A stretch of DNA of 64,000 nt from an uncultured Clostridia bacterium (lineage in GTDB: Bacteria; Bacillota; Clostridia; Christensenellales; CAG-917), in contig CAKQMI010000003.1 in assembly GCA_934254835.1 (NCBI GenBank), positions 14,240 through 78,239 on the forward strand, written 5' to 3'. Below, piece by piece: positions 38,561 through 49,050 of the stretch. The notes beneath the pieces are model-generated. The model ran no database searches. It saw nothing but the letters and a program-made list of their open reading frames with translations, and was not told the origin of the DNA. A program made the position numbers and the translations under genes. Position 1 is the first letter of the stretch. Every line of letters begins with the position of its first letter.

Positions 38561-40378
38561 TTACAAAATATAGAATTTTGCATTGTTAAGTCCGATACCT
38601 CCAATTGACGTTGCGACATCCTTTGGAGCTTCATATTTTTGAGCGTCGGACAATTTCTCGTTGATTTTCAAAACTATCTCGTTTGTCAACACGATATTTC
38701 TTTCCGTATACTCGCCATCGGTCGGGCAGTAACGGATTTCTGTTTTGATGTTTATCGACACAATCGCGCCGTCCTTCATTTCGATAACCATTTCCGACTC
38801 GTCTATTTGATTTTGTTCCGCATTGAAATAATTCTCGACGTCTGTGATTTTATTGGTCGGATTTGAGTTTATAACGCTTGTTATTTTACCTTGAACGCCG
38901 TGCGTTGCGCTATTGTTGAGATAGATATAATACAAAACCTTGCCGTCTTTTTCGACTTTCTTTATGCAATCTACGTCAGAAGCGTTTGCTTTTGCAACAG
39001 CCATAAGATAATCGAATTGTCCGTCCGCACTTATCCCTTCAAGCTTCTCGTTGGTATTTGTACCCTTTCTCGAAATACGATAAACTTCGCCCGTTTTGAT
39101 ATTTCCGATAGTAAATTTAAATTTATCTTTATCATCGGTATCCGTATGTGCATTGTAAACAAAGGAATGGTTAAAATCAACTCTTCCCGTGTCGGCATCC
39201 GTGTTTTTATACATTCTCGCAACATACTTGTCCACAGTGGCGTTTATATTCCACGCCGGATCAAATTCATTTTTCGCTTCTAAATCAATGGAATAAGCAT
39301 TTGAATTTTTCAAATCGGCAATGGCATTTTCAATTGTTGACATTTCTCTTTCAACTGCCTCTCTTTCGGTAATTAGACCTGCTACGGACGGGATAACTAC
39401 TTCTGTCGAATTCGCCTTTTGCAAATATGTAAGTTTAAATTGAACATTGACACCTTTAACAGGGAACGAAATATCCGCGCTTAATTTGAAGTCGACAAGC
39501 TTTTTATCGTTTCCAATATTGAAGTATAAGGATACGCCCATCGGATTGGAAAATGCTACGCCTTTCAAGTCTACTTTCGTTCCGAGTTTTTCCAACACAG
39601 AGAGTAATTTTGACACTATAGAATTGTTCGAATGAAGTCCTATCGTCGCAACGTATTTATAATCTGTACGTCCCGACAGCGCGATTTTTTTAACGTTATC
39701 TTCTTTAAGCGCATTGATAAGCGATACAAACGGAATGTTTATAAGATTGAGTTCCTCGTCTTCGGCAGGAATAATCGCTGTTTTTTTGACTTCTCCTTTA
39801 TCGTTTGCAACGACTTTAACTTTCGCATCGTTTTGAGTGTAGATATATTCCGTTGAATCGACAAGCAAAAGACCGCTTGTTTGACGCCAGAATTTGATTT
39901 CACCGGTATCTTGATTATATCTATACTTCCCGTCATAATTGGCGTTTGCCGTTTGCGTGATACCTAACGCATCAACAGTGCCAGCAAGATTCAGATAAAA
40001 ATCATAGTTTTGAACCTTGTCGTTTTTTGCAAGTGTTCGTGCGGAAACCAGCAATTTCGCACTCGGCATAACAATCATTTTTGCATTTAATGTCTTTGGG
40101 TTATAACCATCTTTTGACACTGTTACTGTTGCATTGTATTCGCCGATTTCGGTTGCGGTATTGTTATCATACTCAATCGTTGCCCCAGCCGGTGCACCTT
40201 TAACCTCGATTTTGTGTTCGGTTCCGTCATACTCGAACGTTGCATCTTCAAAAGTCAGGTTGTCAAATGACGCCAGACCTTTTGTTCCGCCACCCTTGTC
40301 GCCGCAGGCAACGAGCATCATCATCACCAAAACGGCAATGACAAGAGTTACAAAGAATAAAATCGGTTTTCTTTTCAT
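38561..40378 (-). CDS. large lipoprotein of unknown function (N-terminal MBG/Ig-like module)
   Basis: 605 aa. Signal + lipobox MMMLVACG. FEYDGTEHKIEVKGAPAGATIEYDNNTATEIGEYNATVTV resembles MBG-type surface-protein repeats. Confidence 0.6.
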   Translation of the reverse strand: MKRKPILFFVTLVIAVLVMMMLVACGDKGGGTKGLASFDNLTFEDATFEYDGTEHKIEVKGAPAGATIEYDNNTATEIGEYNATVTVSKDGYNPKTLNAKMIVMPSAKLLVSARTLAKNDKVQNYDFYLNLAGTVDALGITQTANANYDGKYRYNQDTGEIKFWRQTSGLLLVDSTEYIYTQNDAKVKVVANDKGEVKKTAIIPAEDEELNLINIPFVSLINALKEDNVKKIALSGRTDYKYVATIGLHSNNSIVSKLLSVLEKLGTKVDLKGVAFSNPMGVSLYFNIGNDKKLVDFKLSADISFPVKGVNVQFKLTYLQKANSTEVVIPSVAGLITEREAVEREMSTIENAIADLKNSNAYSIDLEAKNEFDPAWNINATVDKYVARMYKNTDADTGRVDFNHSFVYNAHTDTDDKDKFKFTIGNIKTGEVYRISRKGTNTNEKLEGISADGQFDYLMAVAKANASDVDCIKKVEKDGKVLYYIYLNNSATHGVQGKITSVINSNPTNKITDVENYFNAEQNQIDESEMVIEMKDGAIVSINIKTEIRYCPTDGEYTERNIVLTNEIVLKINEKLSDAQKYEAPKDVATSIGGIGLNNAKFYIL

Positions 40379-41283
40379 TTTGTTTCTCCCATAATATTTT
40401 TTATTTGTTTATTTATTTTCGATATTGTAAACGGGTACGAAAACGGCGCAACGATAACGCCGACACCGACGCCGATAAAGAATAACAATACGCCCAGTAA
40501 AAATCCCAAGATTGCAAAGCCGATTTTTGCGACTACTAAAAACGCAAGTCCGCCCAAGTCCAACGAGAATATTATCCCCGGAAGTCTAATGGGACGCGTC
40601 ACAAACCACACCAAAATCTCGGGTATCGGTCCTTCGTCCAAAATGACTTCCGAAACAAAGGCGAACGCCCCGTAAATCATAAATATTGAAAACGGGATAA
40701 ATATCCCGAGATATTCGTTGAACTCACCGCTTGCCATCAATATAATATTGAATATCAATACCAAAGCGGTAACGATACTTCCCCAAATTATGCTTTTACG
40801 TTTTTTCTTTTTGACGTCTTTTGCTTTATTTTCTTTGTTTTGTTGCGCAATTTCCGCTTTCTTTGCATCGATTGCCTTTTGCGCTTCATAACATTTTCTG
40901 CACAACACTTTCGGCGCAATCATACCCGCATTGTCCATTGTGACGATTGTCCCGCACGAAACGCAATATCCGATTGTATTCGCCTGATTTTGCTTGACGG
41001 CATTTTCGACAGCGGTTGCAATTTGCTCGGACACAACAGCCTCTGTCTCTTGTCCGTCCGATACGGTTTTGTCGTCCGCGGTTTCATGATTGATATCCAA
41101 AAAATCATCAATTGATATCTTGAATATGTAACTAATCTTTTTGATGGTTGATAAATCGGGCTCGGCTAAGTTGTGCTCCCATTTGGAAACCGCTTGCGCG
41201 CTTACGTTCAGCGCCTCACCAAGCTGTGTTTGCGTCATATTTGCGTTTTTGCGTAATTGCGTTATCTTTTGTCCATAAGTCAT
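40375..41283 (-). CDS. XRE-family HTH protein with zinc ribbon and C-terminal TM domain
   Basis: 302 aa. ITQLRKNANMTQTQLGEALNVSAQAVSKWEHN, CVSCG...CRKC, and 4 predicted TM helices. GGAGGTG RBS. ATGA overlap with the downstream lipoprotein gene. Confidence 0.8.
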   Translation of the reverse strand: MTYGQKITQLRKNANMTQTQLGEALNVSAQAVSKWEHNLAEPDLSTIKKISYIFKISIDDFLDINHETADDKTVSDGQETEAVVSEQIATAVENAVKQNQANTIGYCVSCGTIVTMDNAGMIAPKVLCRKCYEAQKAIDAKKAEIAQQNKENKAKDVKKKKRKSIIWGSIVTALVLIFNIILMASGEFNEYLGIFIPFSIFMIYGAFAFVSEVILDEGPIPEILVWFVTRPIRLPGIIFSLDLGGLAFLVVAKIGFAILGFLLGVLLFFIGVGVGVIVAPFSYPFTISKINKQIKNIMGETK

Positions 41284-41728
41284 ACAGCCACCTCCATATT
41301 TGAATTATATGTGATTAAACCGATGGTTGCAAACGGAGAGGCTCAACCAAAAGTTGAATTGCTAGAAATTAAGTTGAGTTGATTACATTGCCACAAAAAT
41401 ATGACGAAAAATCGACAATTTTTCAGCGTTTATTCGGCTATTTCGGTACAAAAAATTAAGAGATATATAACAAGAGCCTTATGCTAAAAGTTTACCCCCC
41501 CCCCGTATTTTGTCAAGCTGTTTTTTTATACGCTTCGGCAACCTTATAACCGCCAACGTTGCAAAAGCCGAGCGGATAAGGAAAATTTGAATTAAATCGT
41601 TTTGGAAAATAAAATAATCAACCACAAAAAAAGCGCGGATCGGCGGGGGATTTGCGATTCGCGCGGGTAAGTTTTAATTTGGTTTTTATGCGGATTTTGA
41701 CGCGGATTTTGATGCGGTGTGCGGTTTT

Positions 41729-43525
41729 TTAAGAAAAATTGTATTGAGCGTTATAGATTTCGGCGTAAAAACCGTTCTTTGAAAGCAATTCGTTGTGCGT
41801 GCCCGTTTCGACGACGTCGCCGTTTTTGATGACCAAAATTTTGTCGGCGTTGACGATTGTCGAAAGTCGGTGGGCGATGACGAAACTCGTTTTTTCTTTC
41901 ATAAGCCTATCCATTGCGCCCTGTATCAAAAGTTCGGTGCGGGTATCGACGGAACTTGTCGCCTCGTCCAGAATAAGAAGCGGTCTGTCCGACAAAAACG
42001 CTCTTGCAATCGTCAGCAACTGTTTTTGCCCGCCCGAAAGGTTGGTCAGCGACTCGTTGACTACCGTGTCGTAGCCGTCGGGGAGCATTCGTATAAACCC
42101 GTCGGCGTGGGCGGATTTTGAGGCGTTGACGACCTCTTCGCGAGTGACGTTGTCTTTGCCGTAGGCGATGTTGTCGTAAATGGTACCGCCGAAAAGCCAA
42201 GTGTCTTGAAGCACCATCGAAAAGCAATTTCGGACGCTCTCGCGCGAAACTTTGCCGGTATCGACGCCGTCGATTTTTATAGTGCCTCTGTCCGCGTCGT
42301 AAAACCTCATCAAAAGGTTGACTATGGTGGTTTTGCCCGCGCCGGTAGGTCCGACGATTGCGATTTTTTGCCCCTTTTCGACGTGGATATTCAGGTCTTT
42401 GATAAGCGGATTTTCGGGATTGTACGAAAACGCGACGTGCTCGAAATCGACAACGCCCTCAACTTTTCTTGGCATATCGCCCGTTCGCACTTCCATCTCG
42501 GGTTCGTCCAGCACCTCGTACACCCTTTTCGACGCGGACGCAACCCTTTGCATACTGCTTATCGCGCCTGCGATTCTTTCAAGTGGCGAACTGAACATTT
42601 TGGCGTAAATGACGACGGCGATTATGTCCGCGACGCTCACTGCGCCCCCTCCGATTTTCACGCCCTCGATTGCAAAGTACGCGCCGATAAGACAAATCGC
42701 AACGTAGGCGATATTGTTGGTCAGCGACACGACGGGAGCGATTATCGACGACAAGAACGTCGCCCTCTCTTCCGCCTTGCACATTTCGTCGTTAAAGCGC
42801 GCGTGCTTTTCTTCCTGCTGATTTTCGAGGTTATAACTCTTTATGGTCTGATAGCCCGAATAGGTTTCTTCGACAACTTGATAGATGTCACCCGATGCCT
42901 TGAACATAGTGTCGTAACAAGGCTCGCTCTTTCTTGCGATGACGTACGAAACGATGACCGACAACGGCACAAACGCAATCACAATCAGCGCAAACACCCA
43001 GTTTATCGTGAAAATCATAACTGTAATCGTCAGAAGTTGCAAAATGCCCATCAACAGCGTTTCGACGATACTATGTATGCTGTTGCCCATTTGCGACACG
43101 TCGCCGGTCATACGATCCAACAGTTGTCCCGCCTCGGTTTTGTCAACGTAGGACACCGGCAAAAACTTGATTTTCGTCGACATATCCATGCGAAGTCCCG
43201 CCGTGAAGTGCATACTGACAATCTTGTTGGACGCCAGCATTTCGACGTAATGCAAGATGGAATACAGCGTGTAAATGACGATGAGAATTATCAGCGAATT
43301 TTTGATTTGTCCGACAAGGTCACCCTCACCGCCGTATGCGTTTATGACGTCCAAAGCGTCCGACAAGAACTTGGGTGCGGCGATATTGACAGCCATCGTG
43401 AGCGCGCTCAAAACGCACACCAGCACCATGCCCCACTTAATTCTGCCTATTTCTTTTATCAGGCGCAAGATGATATTTTTCGTCTCCGACCTGCTCAATT
43501 TATCTGCATCGCTGAAACGTTTCAT
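41729..43525 (-). CDS. ABC exporter, fused permease/ATPase (ABCB/MdlB-type)
   Basis: Start at MKRFSDADK (ATGA overlap with the upstream stop). 6 TM helices, Walker A GPTGAGKTT, LSGGQKQ, LILDEATS. Confidence 0.9.
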   Translation of the reverse strand: MKRFSDADKLSRSETKNIILRLIKEIGRIKWGMVLVCVLSALTMAVNIAAPKFLSDALDVINAYGGEGDLVGQIKNSLIILIVIYTLYSILHYVEMLASNKIVSMHFTAGLRMDMSTKIKFLPVSYVDKTEAGQLLDRMTGDVSQMGNSIHSIVETLLMGILQLLTITVMIFTINWVFALIVIAFVPLSVIVSYVIARKSEPCYDTMFKASGDIYQVVEETYSGYQTIKSYNLENQQEEKHARFNDEMCKAEERATFLSSIIAPVVSLTNNIAYVAICLIGAYFAIEGVKIGGGAVSVADIIAVVIYAKMFSSPLERIAGAISSMQRVASASKRVYEVLDEPEMEVRTGDMPRKVEGVVDFEHVAFSYNPENPLIKDLNIHVEKGQKIAIVGPTGAGKTTIVNLLMRFYDADRGTIKIDGVDTGKVSRESVRNCFSMVLQDTWLFGGTIYDNIAYGKDNVTREEVVNASKSAHADGFIRMLPDGYDTVVNESLTNLSGGQKQLLTIARAFLSDRPLLILDEATSSVDTRTELLIQGAMDRLMKEKTSFVIAHRLSTIVNADKILVIKNGDVVETGTHNELLSKNGFYAEIYNAQYNFS

Positions 43526-45258
43526 ACCGCGCCTCCTTCGACGTGTTGTCCCGTTTGCGACTCGTAAATTTCGCGGTATTGTCTGCACGACGCAAGCAAG
43601 TCCTTATGCCTGCCTTGCCCAACGATTTTCCCTTCGTCCAAGACGTAGATTTTGTCGGCGGACGACGCCGTGGACGCGCGTTGCGTCATCACGATTTTCG
43701 TGCGACCTGCAAGTTTTTCGTCCAAGTTTTTCTTGACGCGGGCTTCCGTCAAAAAGTCGAGTGCCGAAAAACTGTCGTCGAAAAGGTAAATCGAGCCGTT
43801 TTTCAGCATCGCTCTTGCAATCGACAAGCGTTGTTTCTGCCCGCCCGACAGGTTACTGCCCCCGCTCAAAATTTCGTAGTCGAGCCCCGTTTCGAGGTTG
43901 TCGACAAAGCCTTTCAACTCGGCGGTTTTCAAGGCGTCCAAGACTTCCTCGTCGTCGGCGTCCGAAAACGACATTCTGACGTTACTGCCGATTGTTCCGG
44001 AAAATATGGTGGCGTTTTGCAAGACGCACGTCACGTTGTTGCGCACGCGCTTACCGCTGATGTTTTCGGTGTTTTCGCCGTCGAAAGCAATCTCACCCGA
44101 AGTCGGGTTGAAAAACTTCATAATAAGTTTGACAATACTGCTTTTTCCACTGCCCGTACCGCCGATGAACGCGACCTTTTCGCCGGGTGCAATTTCAAAC
44201 GACACGTCGCTTAATGCATTTTCCGACGCACCCTCGTATCTGAAATCGACGTGCGAAAAAGTAAGTCCGCCAAAAAAAGCGGGTTTATTTTCGTCGTCGG
44301 GTTCGTTTGTGACTTCCGTTTCAAGTATCTCGTTTATGCGCCTGCTGTTGACGGCGACTTTCGGCAAAAACGCCAGCATCATCGCAAACATCATTATACC
44401 GTTCATAACCAGCGCGACGTACTGCACGATTGCGATAATGTCCGCCCCCGTGACCGCCGATTTTCCGCCCTGCATCAGTTTTGCGCCGACGTACAGAATA
44501 AGCACCGTCACAAGGTTGAGCCCCAACAGAATTATGGGCGTAAGCATACCCATATTGACGTTTGCTTTTATGATATTTTCAGCCATTACCCGCGTGGCGA
44601 CGTTGGCGCGTTCGCACTCTTTGTCCTCGCGATTGAACGCTCTGATGACGCGGATGCCCGTCAATCTTTCGCGGATAATGCTGTTTTGTTTGTCGATATA
44701 CTCGTCGCTCTTTTCCCAAAGTGGCATAATGCGCCTGACGACAAAATACAATATCGCCACCACCACGGGGACGAAAGTAAACATTATGAGCGCAAGCCAC
44801 GGATCGGCAAGGAACGCCAGCGCGCTTCCGCCGAATACCAAAATGGGAATGCCGATTACGCCCTGCATAAGCATGGCGGCGCACTCTTCCAACAGCCAAA
44901 TGTCGTTGGTGCTTCTCGTGATGAGCGCGCCCGTGCCCCAGTGATTGAGTTGGTCGGGATTGAGGGTGTTGACTTTTTTGAAAATTACTTCGCGCAGGGT
45001 TTTGGAATATCTGCTTATCACGCCCGACGAAACCTTGTACGACACTATGCCGACGACAAGTCCCAAAAGCGACGTCGCAAGCATAATCGCCGAGCAAATC
45101 AGCGTGACTTTCATGTTTTGACCGCCGATGCCGTACTCCACTATGTAACTCATAAGATACGGCAACGCAAGACTTGACGCCGAGGTTATCAGCGTCAAAA
45201 ATACGACCAAAACTATTCTGCCCGCGTCGGGCTTCAAAAGCCGAAGTAACTTGAACAT
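43522..45258 (-). CDS. ABC exporter, fused permease/ATPase (heterodimer partner)
   Basis: 578 aa. GGTGSGKSS, LSGGQKQRLSIARA, YLFDDSFSALD. Confidence 0.9.
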   Translation of the reverse strand: MFKLLRLLKPDAGRIVLVVFLTLITSASSLALPYLMSYIVEYGIGGQNMKVTLICSAIMLATSLLGLVVGIVSYKVSSGVISRYSKTLREVIFKKVNTLNPDQLNHWGTGALITRSTNDIWLLEECAAMLMQGVIGIPILVFGGSALAFLADPWLALIMFTFVPVVVAILYFVVRRIMPLWEKSDEYIDKQNSIIRERLTGIRVIRAFNREDKECERANVATRVMAENIIKANVNMGMLTPIILLGLNLVTVLILYVGAKLMQGGKSAVTGADIIAIVQYVALVMNGIMMFAMMLAFLPKVAVNSRRINEILETEVTNEPDDENKPAFFGGLTFSHVDFRYEGASENALSDVSFEIAPGEKVAFIGGTGSGKSSIVKLIMKFFNPTSGEIAFDGENTENISGKRVRNNVTCVLQNATIFSGTIGSNVRMSFSDADDEEVLDALKTAELKGFVDNLETGLDYEILSGGSNLSGGQKQRLSIARAMLKNGSIYLFDDSFSALDFLTEARVKKNLDEKLAGRTKIVMTQRASTASSADKIYVLDEGKIVGQGRHKDLLASCRQYREIYESQTGQHVEGGAV

Positions 45259-45327
45259 ACTTTGAGATTATACCATAACGCCCATAACTTTCACGCGCGT
45301 ATAGATTACTAAACAAAGTTTTTGATA

Positions 45328-45360
45328 AAATTAAAATCCGCCTTGTTCAGGCGGATTTTC
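45328..45360 (-). terminator. rho-independent terminator after the YfcC-family gene
   Basis: AAAATCCGCC-tgaacaa-GGCGGATTTT followed by AATTTT on the minus strand. Confidence 0.7.
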
Positions 45361-45381
45361 GGGTGAATATCGTTTTTCTTT

Positions 45382-47019
45382 TCAGGCGTAGATGACAAAC
45401 TGCGCCAGCATCAGTATGCCGACCGTCATGCCGAATTCCATTAAAAGTATCGGTCCCGCCCATCTGAACCACTTGGGATAAGTCACCGTCGTAAGTCCCA
45501 ATATCAGTAAAAGCGCAGCGTTCGTGGGCATAAATACGTTGACCAATCCGTCGCCGAAAGCAAACGCCAAAACCGCCACTTGCGGGTGAATTCCCAGTTG
45601 CGAACATATCGCTCCGATCATCGGCATAAGAAGGAACGCTTTTGCACTTCCTGACGTAATAAACAGTTCAAACAACAAAACGACAAGATAAATTATCATT
45701 ATCAGCGAAGCGGGGCTTTGTCCCTTTGCCACGTTGATGGTATGAAACAGTATCGTGTCCATTACGTTTCCTTCTTCGATTATATAGCGCACACTGCTGG
45801 CGATAAGCACCATTCCGGTGGCGGGAAGAAGCGTGAGCGCGCCCTTGCCCATGACCTTTGCCAACTCTTTTCCTTTGAGTCCGCAATAAATGCACGCCAC
45901 CACTCCGCCGATTATGTAAATGGCGATTGTGATGTACAAAATGTAGTCGGCAAGTTTGAAGTCGCCGAGCGCAGGAATGTACGCGCCCTGTATGAATATC
46001 GAAAGCACCGCGAAAACCACGATTGCAATCATACAACCCGCAAAGAATTTCAACGCTTTTGCCTTGCCCGCGTCGTAAACGAACGGACGGTGCTCGAAGT
46101 CGAAATTCGCCTTGCGTTTCAAGTCATCTTTATAAACGGGCGAGCGTTCGGGGTGTCTGTCCAGCATTTTTGCGTACGGGAACAGGAACGCCATCAATAT
46201 AAGATAGGCAAGCACGAACGTCAAAATCCTGACGCCGATTCCGCTGAACATAGGCAAGCCGACAATCGACTGCGCTATGCCCACGTTGAAGGGGTTCACG
46301 ACGCCAGTCATAAAGCCGAGCCCCGCCGACAGCACCGAAAAACCAAGCCCTATCAATGCGTCCCAGCCCAAGCCGTAACTCAAAATAACCGCGATGGGAA
46401 CGATGGGAATTACCTCCTCCATCATGCCCGACGTCGTGCCCAAAAACATAAACGTGAACGGCAATAAAAACAGCAAAAGATACCGCTTATTGCCGAAGTT
46501 GTGGCGTATGGATTCCACAAGATATACCAAGACGTCGGTTTTGTCCAGCGCACTGAACACCGCGCCGATGACGATGAGCATCAAAAGTATCGCGACAAGC
46601 GTCACCGTGCCGTCTCCGCCAAGTACCAAAAACGGCGAAAGCAGTGCCTTCCACCAAGGGAGCCGTCCGAGCGTCGGATCTTCGTGATAATCACCGCTGA
46701 TATATACGTTGCCGTCGGCGTCGGTGCTTCTTTCGTAGCGTCCGAGTGGCAGAGTGTATGCCATAACTATCGACGCGATAATCAGTAACAGTACAACGAC
46801 AACCGAGATTATCACCGACGCCTTGCTTATCGCAAGAATTTTCGGCTTGTTTTGCTGAATAGCCATTGCGTCCTTGCCGTTTGTCACGGCGAAATCATCG
46901 CAGTTTTCGACGTTTTCTTGGATATCGTCCACCGCGTTTTCTACGACTTCTTCAACGAGATTTTCCTTTGTCGAAAACTCCGTTTGAGACGCCTTTTCAT
47001 TCCTAATTTTTCTTTTCAT
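45382..47019 (-). CDS. YfcC / C4-dicarboxylate-anaerobic-carrier-type transporter
   Basis: 545 aa, polytopic. GTTSGMMEEVIPIVPI and NPFNVGIAQS regions are typical of YfcC-like (putative basic amino acid) carriers. The hydrophilic about 60-aa N-terminus makes the start uncertain. Confidence 0.75.
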   Translation of the reverse strand: MKRKIRNEKASQTEFSTKENLVEEVVENAVDDIQENVENCDDFAVTNGKDAMAIQQNKPKILAISKASVIISVVVVLLLIIASIVMAYTLPLGRYERSTDADGNVYISGDYHEDPTLGRLPWWKALLSPFLVLGGDGTVTLVAILLMLIVIGAVFSALDKTDVLVYLVESIRHNFGNKRYLLLFLLPFTFMFLGTTSGMMEEVIPIVPIAVILSYGLGWDALIGLGFSVLSAGLGFMTGVVNPFNVGIAQSIVGLPMFSGIGVRILTFVLAYLILMAFLFPYAKMLDRHPERSPVYKDDLKRKANFDFEHRPFVYDAGKAKALKFFAGCMIAIVVFAVLSIFIQGAYIPALGDFKLADYILYITIAIYIIGGVVACIYCGLKGKELAKVMGKGALTLLPATGMVLIASSVRYIIEEGNVMDTILFHTINVAKGQSPASLIMIIYLVVLLFELFITSGSAKAFLLMPMIGAICSQLGIHPQVAVLAFAFGDGLVNVFMPTNAALLLILGLTTVTYPKWFRWAGPILLMEFGMTVGILMLAQFVIYA

Positions 47020-47205
47020 AATTTCATCCGAAAATGTAATGACACAACTATACCACTTAATTGATAAAAGAGCAACAAATATCGCATAGTATTATAATTT
47101 ATTCACAAAATTGCAACATTTTTGCATAAAACTCTCCGCTTCTCCTGCCATTGTCACTGTTTTTTGTATTTTTATTCAATTATTTTTACAAAATTATGCG
47201 CATCT

Positions 47206-47237
47206 AAAAATCCGACGCGGGATGACGTCGGATTTTT
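47206..47237 (-). terminator. rho-independent (bidirectional-looking) terminator
   Basis: AAATCCGACG-tcatcccg-CGTCGGATTT followed by TTAG on the minus strand, 22 nt after the stop at 47259. Confidence 0.65.
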
Positions 47238-47258
47238 GAAACGCTGTGGTTTATGTAA

Positions 47259-47780
47259 TTACTTATTGTCTTTGGCGTTCTCGTCTCTTACGAAGCGGAT
47301 TTTACAATAATCGGAGCCGTCGGCGATGGTTTGTTCGAGGTTCAGCTTGCCACCAAACTGCGAAATAATGCCTCTGTCCCCGCACATAGCGGCGTCGCAA
47401 AGTTTCTTGATTCTTTCGTCGTCATAGCCCATTTTCTGCCATGCTTTTACGAGGGGGCAATAGTGGAAGTTGATGGACAGTTTGTCCTCGGTGGACTCGA
47501 CGATATCCATTTCAAACACTTTTCTTGCGAACGAATCAAACAAGTTTTTCTTCAGCGTTCTGAAGTCTTTTGAACCGCCCGAAAGTTTTGCGCCTTGGAT
47601 AACGCCACATCTTCTGATTGCGTCGCCCGCATACTCTTCAAGCGTAAGACCGTGTTTTTCGGCTTCGTCGGTAAGGACGGCGAGCCACATAGCCCTGTGT
47701 TCAAGTTGTTCTCTGATTCTAGTTACTACGTATTTGACACCCGGGGTTTTGATACCATTTTCGTTTTTGATGTTTGACAT
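47259..47780 (-). CDS. L-2-amino-thiazoline-4-carboxylic acid hydrolase-like protein
   Basis: 173 aa. Cys-rich C-terminal half (HYCPLVKAWQKMGYDD...LCDAAMCGDRG...DYCKIRF) resembles the ATC-hydrolase family. Tentative. Confidence 0.5.
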   Translation of the reverse strand: MSNIKNENGIKTPGVKYVVTRIREQLEHRAMWLAVLTDEAEKHGLTLEEYAGDAIRRCGVIQGAKLSGGSKDFRTLKKNLFDSFARKVFEMDIVESTEDKLSINFHYCPLVKAWQKMGYDDERIKKLCDAAMCGDRGIISQFGGKLNLEQTIADGSDYCKIRFVRDENAKDNK

Positions 47781-47784
47781 TTGT

Positions 47785-49050
47785 TCACCTCTTATTATTA
47801 AGCATAATGCTAATTATTTCATCGTCAGTTTCTTTCATACCATCCTTGCCAAGGCGCGACACGTTTTCGATTGTGCCCTCGATATCGTTATCGATTATGC
47901 CGTCTCCGCCGTTGAACGCGTTGTCGCTCATCGCCATGTAGTACGCCATGATACCCGCGTCGATGCTTGACGATATTTTAGCGGCGCACGAGGACTTCGC
48001 TCCGTCGCAGACAATACCCGACACGTTGGCTACGGTATTGGTTATGGCTTTCTCCACTTGGGCAAAAGTTCCGCCCATAAGGTAAGTAAGTCCTGCCGCC
48101 ACGCCTGTGCTTGCGCTGACCGCTCCGCAAAAAGCCGATAACTTTCCAATGCCTTTTTTGATATAAATGCTGATAAGGTTGCTGAGAAGTAACGCCCTCA
48201 ACGTGCTTTCCTTATCCTTGTTGTATTCCTTGCTGAATACGCAAATGGGGACGCAAAGCGTGATGCCTTGGTTGCCACTGCCGGAGTTGATTACAACGGG
48301 CATCGCGCAACCGTTCATTCTCGCGTCGCTACCCGCCGCCGCCATCGCCCTCGCTTTGAGGTTGACGTCGTTGGGGTAATGCGCCAGCAACGTTTTGCCG
48401 ATCATCTGACCGTAGTCGTGCCTCATACCCTCTTCGGCAATCGCCATGTTGTAAGTCATTTGTTTGACAAGCAAACTTTCCACTTTCGACAGTTCAACGT
48501 CCGTTACGAACTCATAAACGTCTTCTAATGAAAAATCAAAGCAATCTTCTTCCGACTCCTCGCTGTTCGTTGCCAGCAAGATTTCGCCGTTTTTGACGAT
48601 TTTCACGATGTTGTCGTGCTTGTCTTTAAGTTCGACCTCGGCGCTGTCGTCGCCCGCAAACACTTTTACGATGATATGCAAATTCGCCTTGCCTTTCAGC
48701 GGATAAATTTTGCAAAAATCGTTTTTGATCAACTCTTTGGTTTTTGCGACGTCGTCGTCGGTGACTTTCGTCAACACTTCCAGCGACAAATCGGCGTTTC
48801 CTCCGACAATCCCCAGCACGCAAGCAACGTCGATGCCCTTCATACCGTTGGTGCACGGCACGGTGACGCTTTTTACGTTCTTGACAATGTTGTTGCTGAC
48901 GTAGATTTCGACTCTGTCGGGGAACGCCCCCAACACCTCTCTCGCCTTCGCCGACGCAAACGCTATCGCGATAGGCTCGGTACAGCCCAACGCCGTGACT
49001 AATTCGTGATTAAGCAAATCCAAAAAACTTTGTTCTTTATTTGTTTGCAT
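47785..49050 (-). CDS. UPF0597 / L-cysteine desulfidase family protein (YhaM/CdsB-like)
   Basis: Start at MQTNKEQSFLDLLNHELVTALGCTEPIAIAFASAKAREV behind GGAGG. Serine-dehydratase-alpha-like fold motifs. Confidence 0.8.
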   Translation of the reverse strand: MQTNKEQSFLDLLNHELVTALGCTEPIAIAFASAKAREVLGAFPDRVEIYVSNNIVKNVKSVTVPCTNGMKGIDVACVLGIVGGNADLSLEVLTKVTDDDVAKTKELIKNDFCKIYPLKGKANLHIIVKVFAGDDSAEVELKDKHDNIVKIVKNGEILLATNSEESEEDCFDFSLEDVYEFVTDVELSKVESLLVKQMTYNMAIAEEGMRHDYGQMIGKTLLAHYPNDVNLKARAMAAAGSDARMNGCAMPVVINSGSGNQGITLCVPICVFSKEYNKDKESTLRALLLSNLISIYIKKGIGKLSAFCGAVSASTGVAAGLTYLMGGTFAQVEKAITNTVANVSGIVCDGAKSSCAAKISSSIDAGIMAYYMAMSDNAFNGGDGIIDNDIEGTIENVSRLGKDGMKETDDEIISIMLNNKR

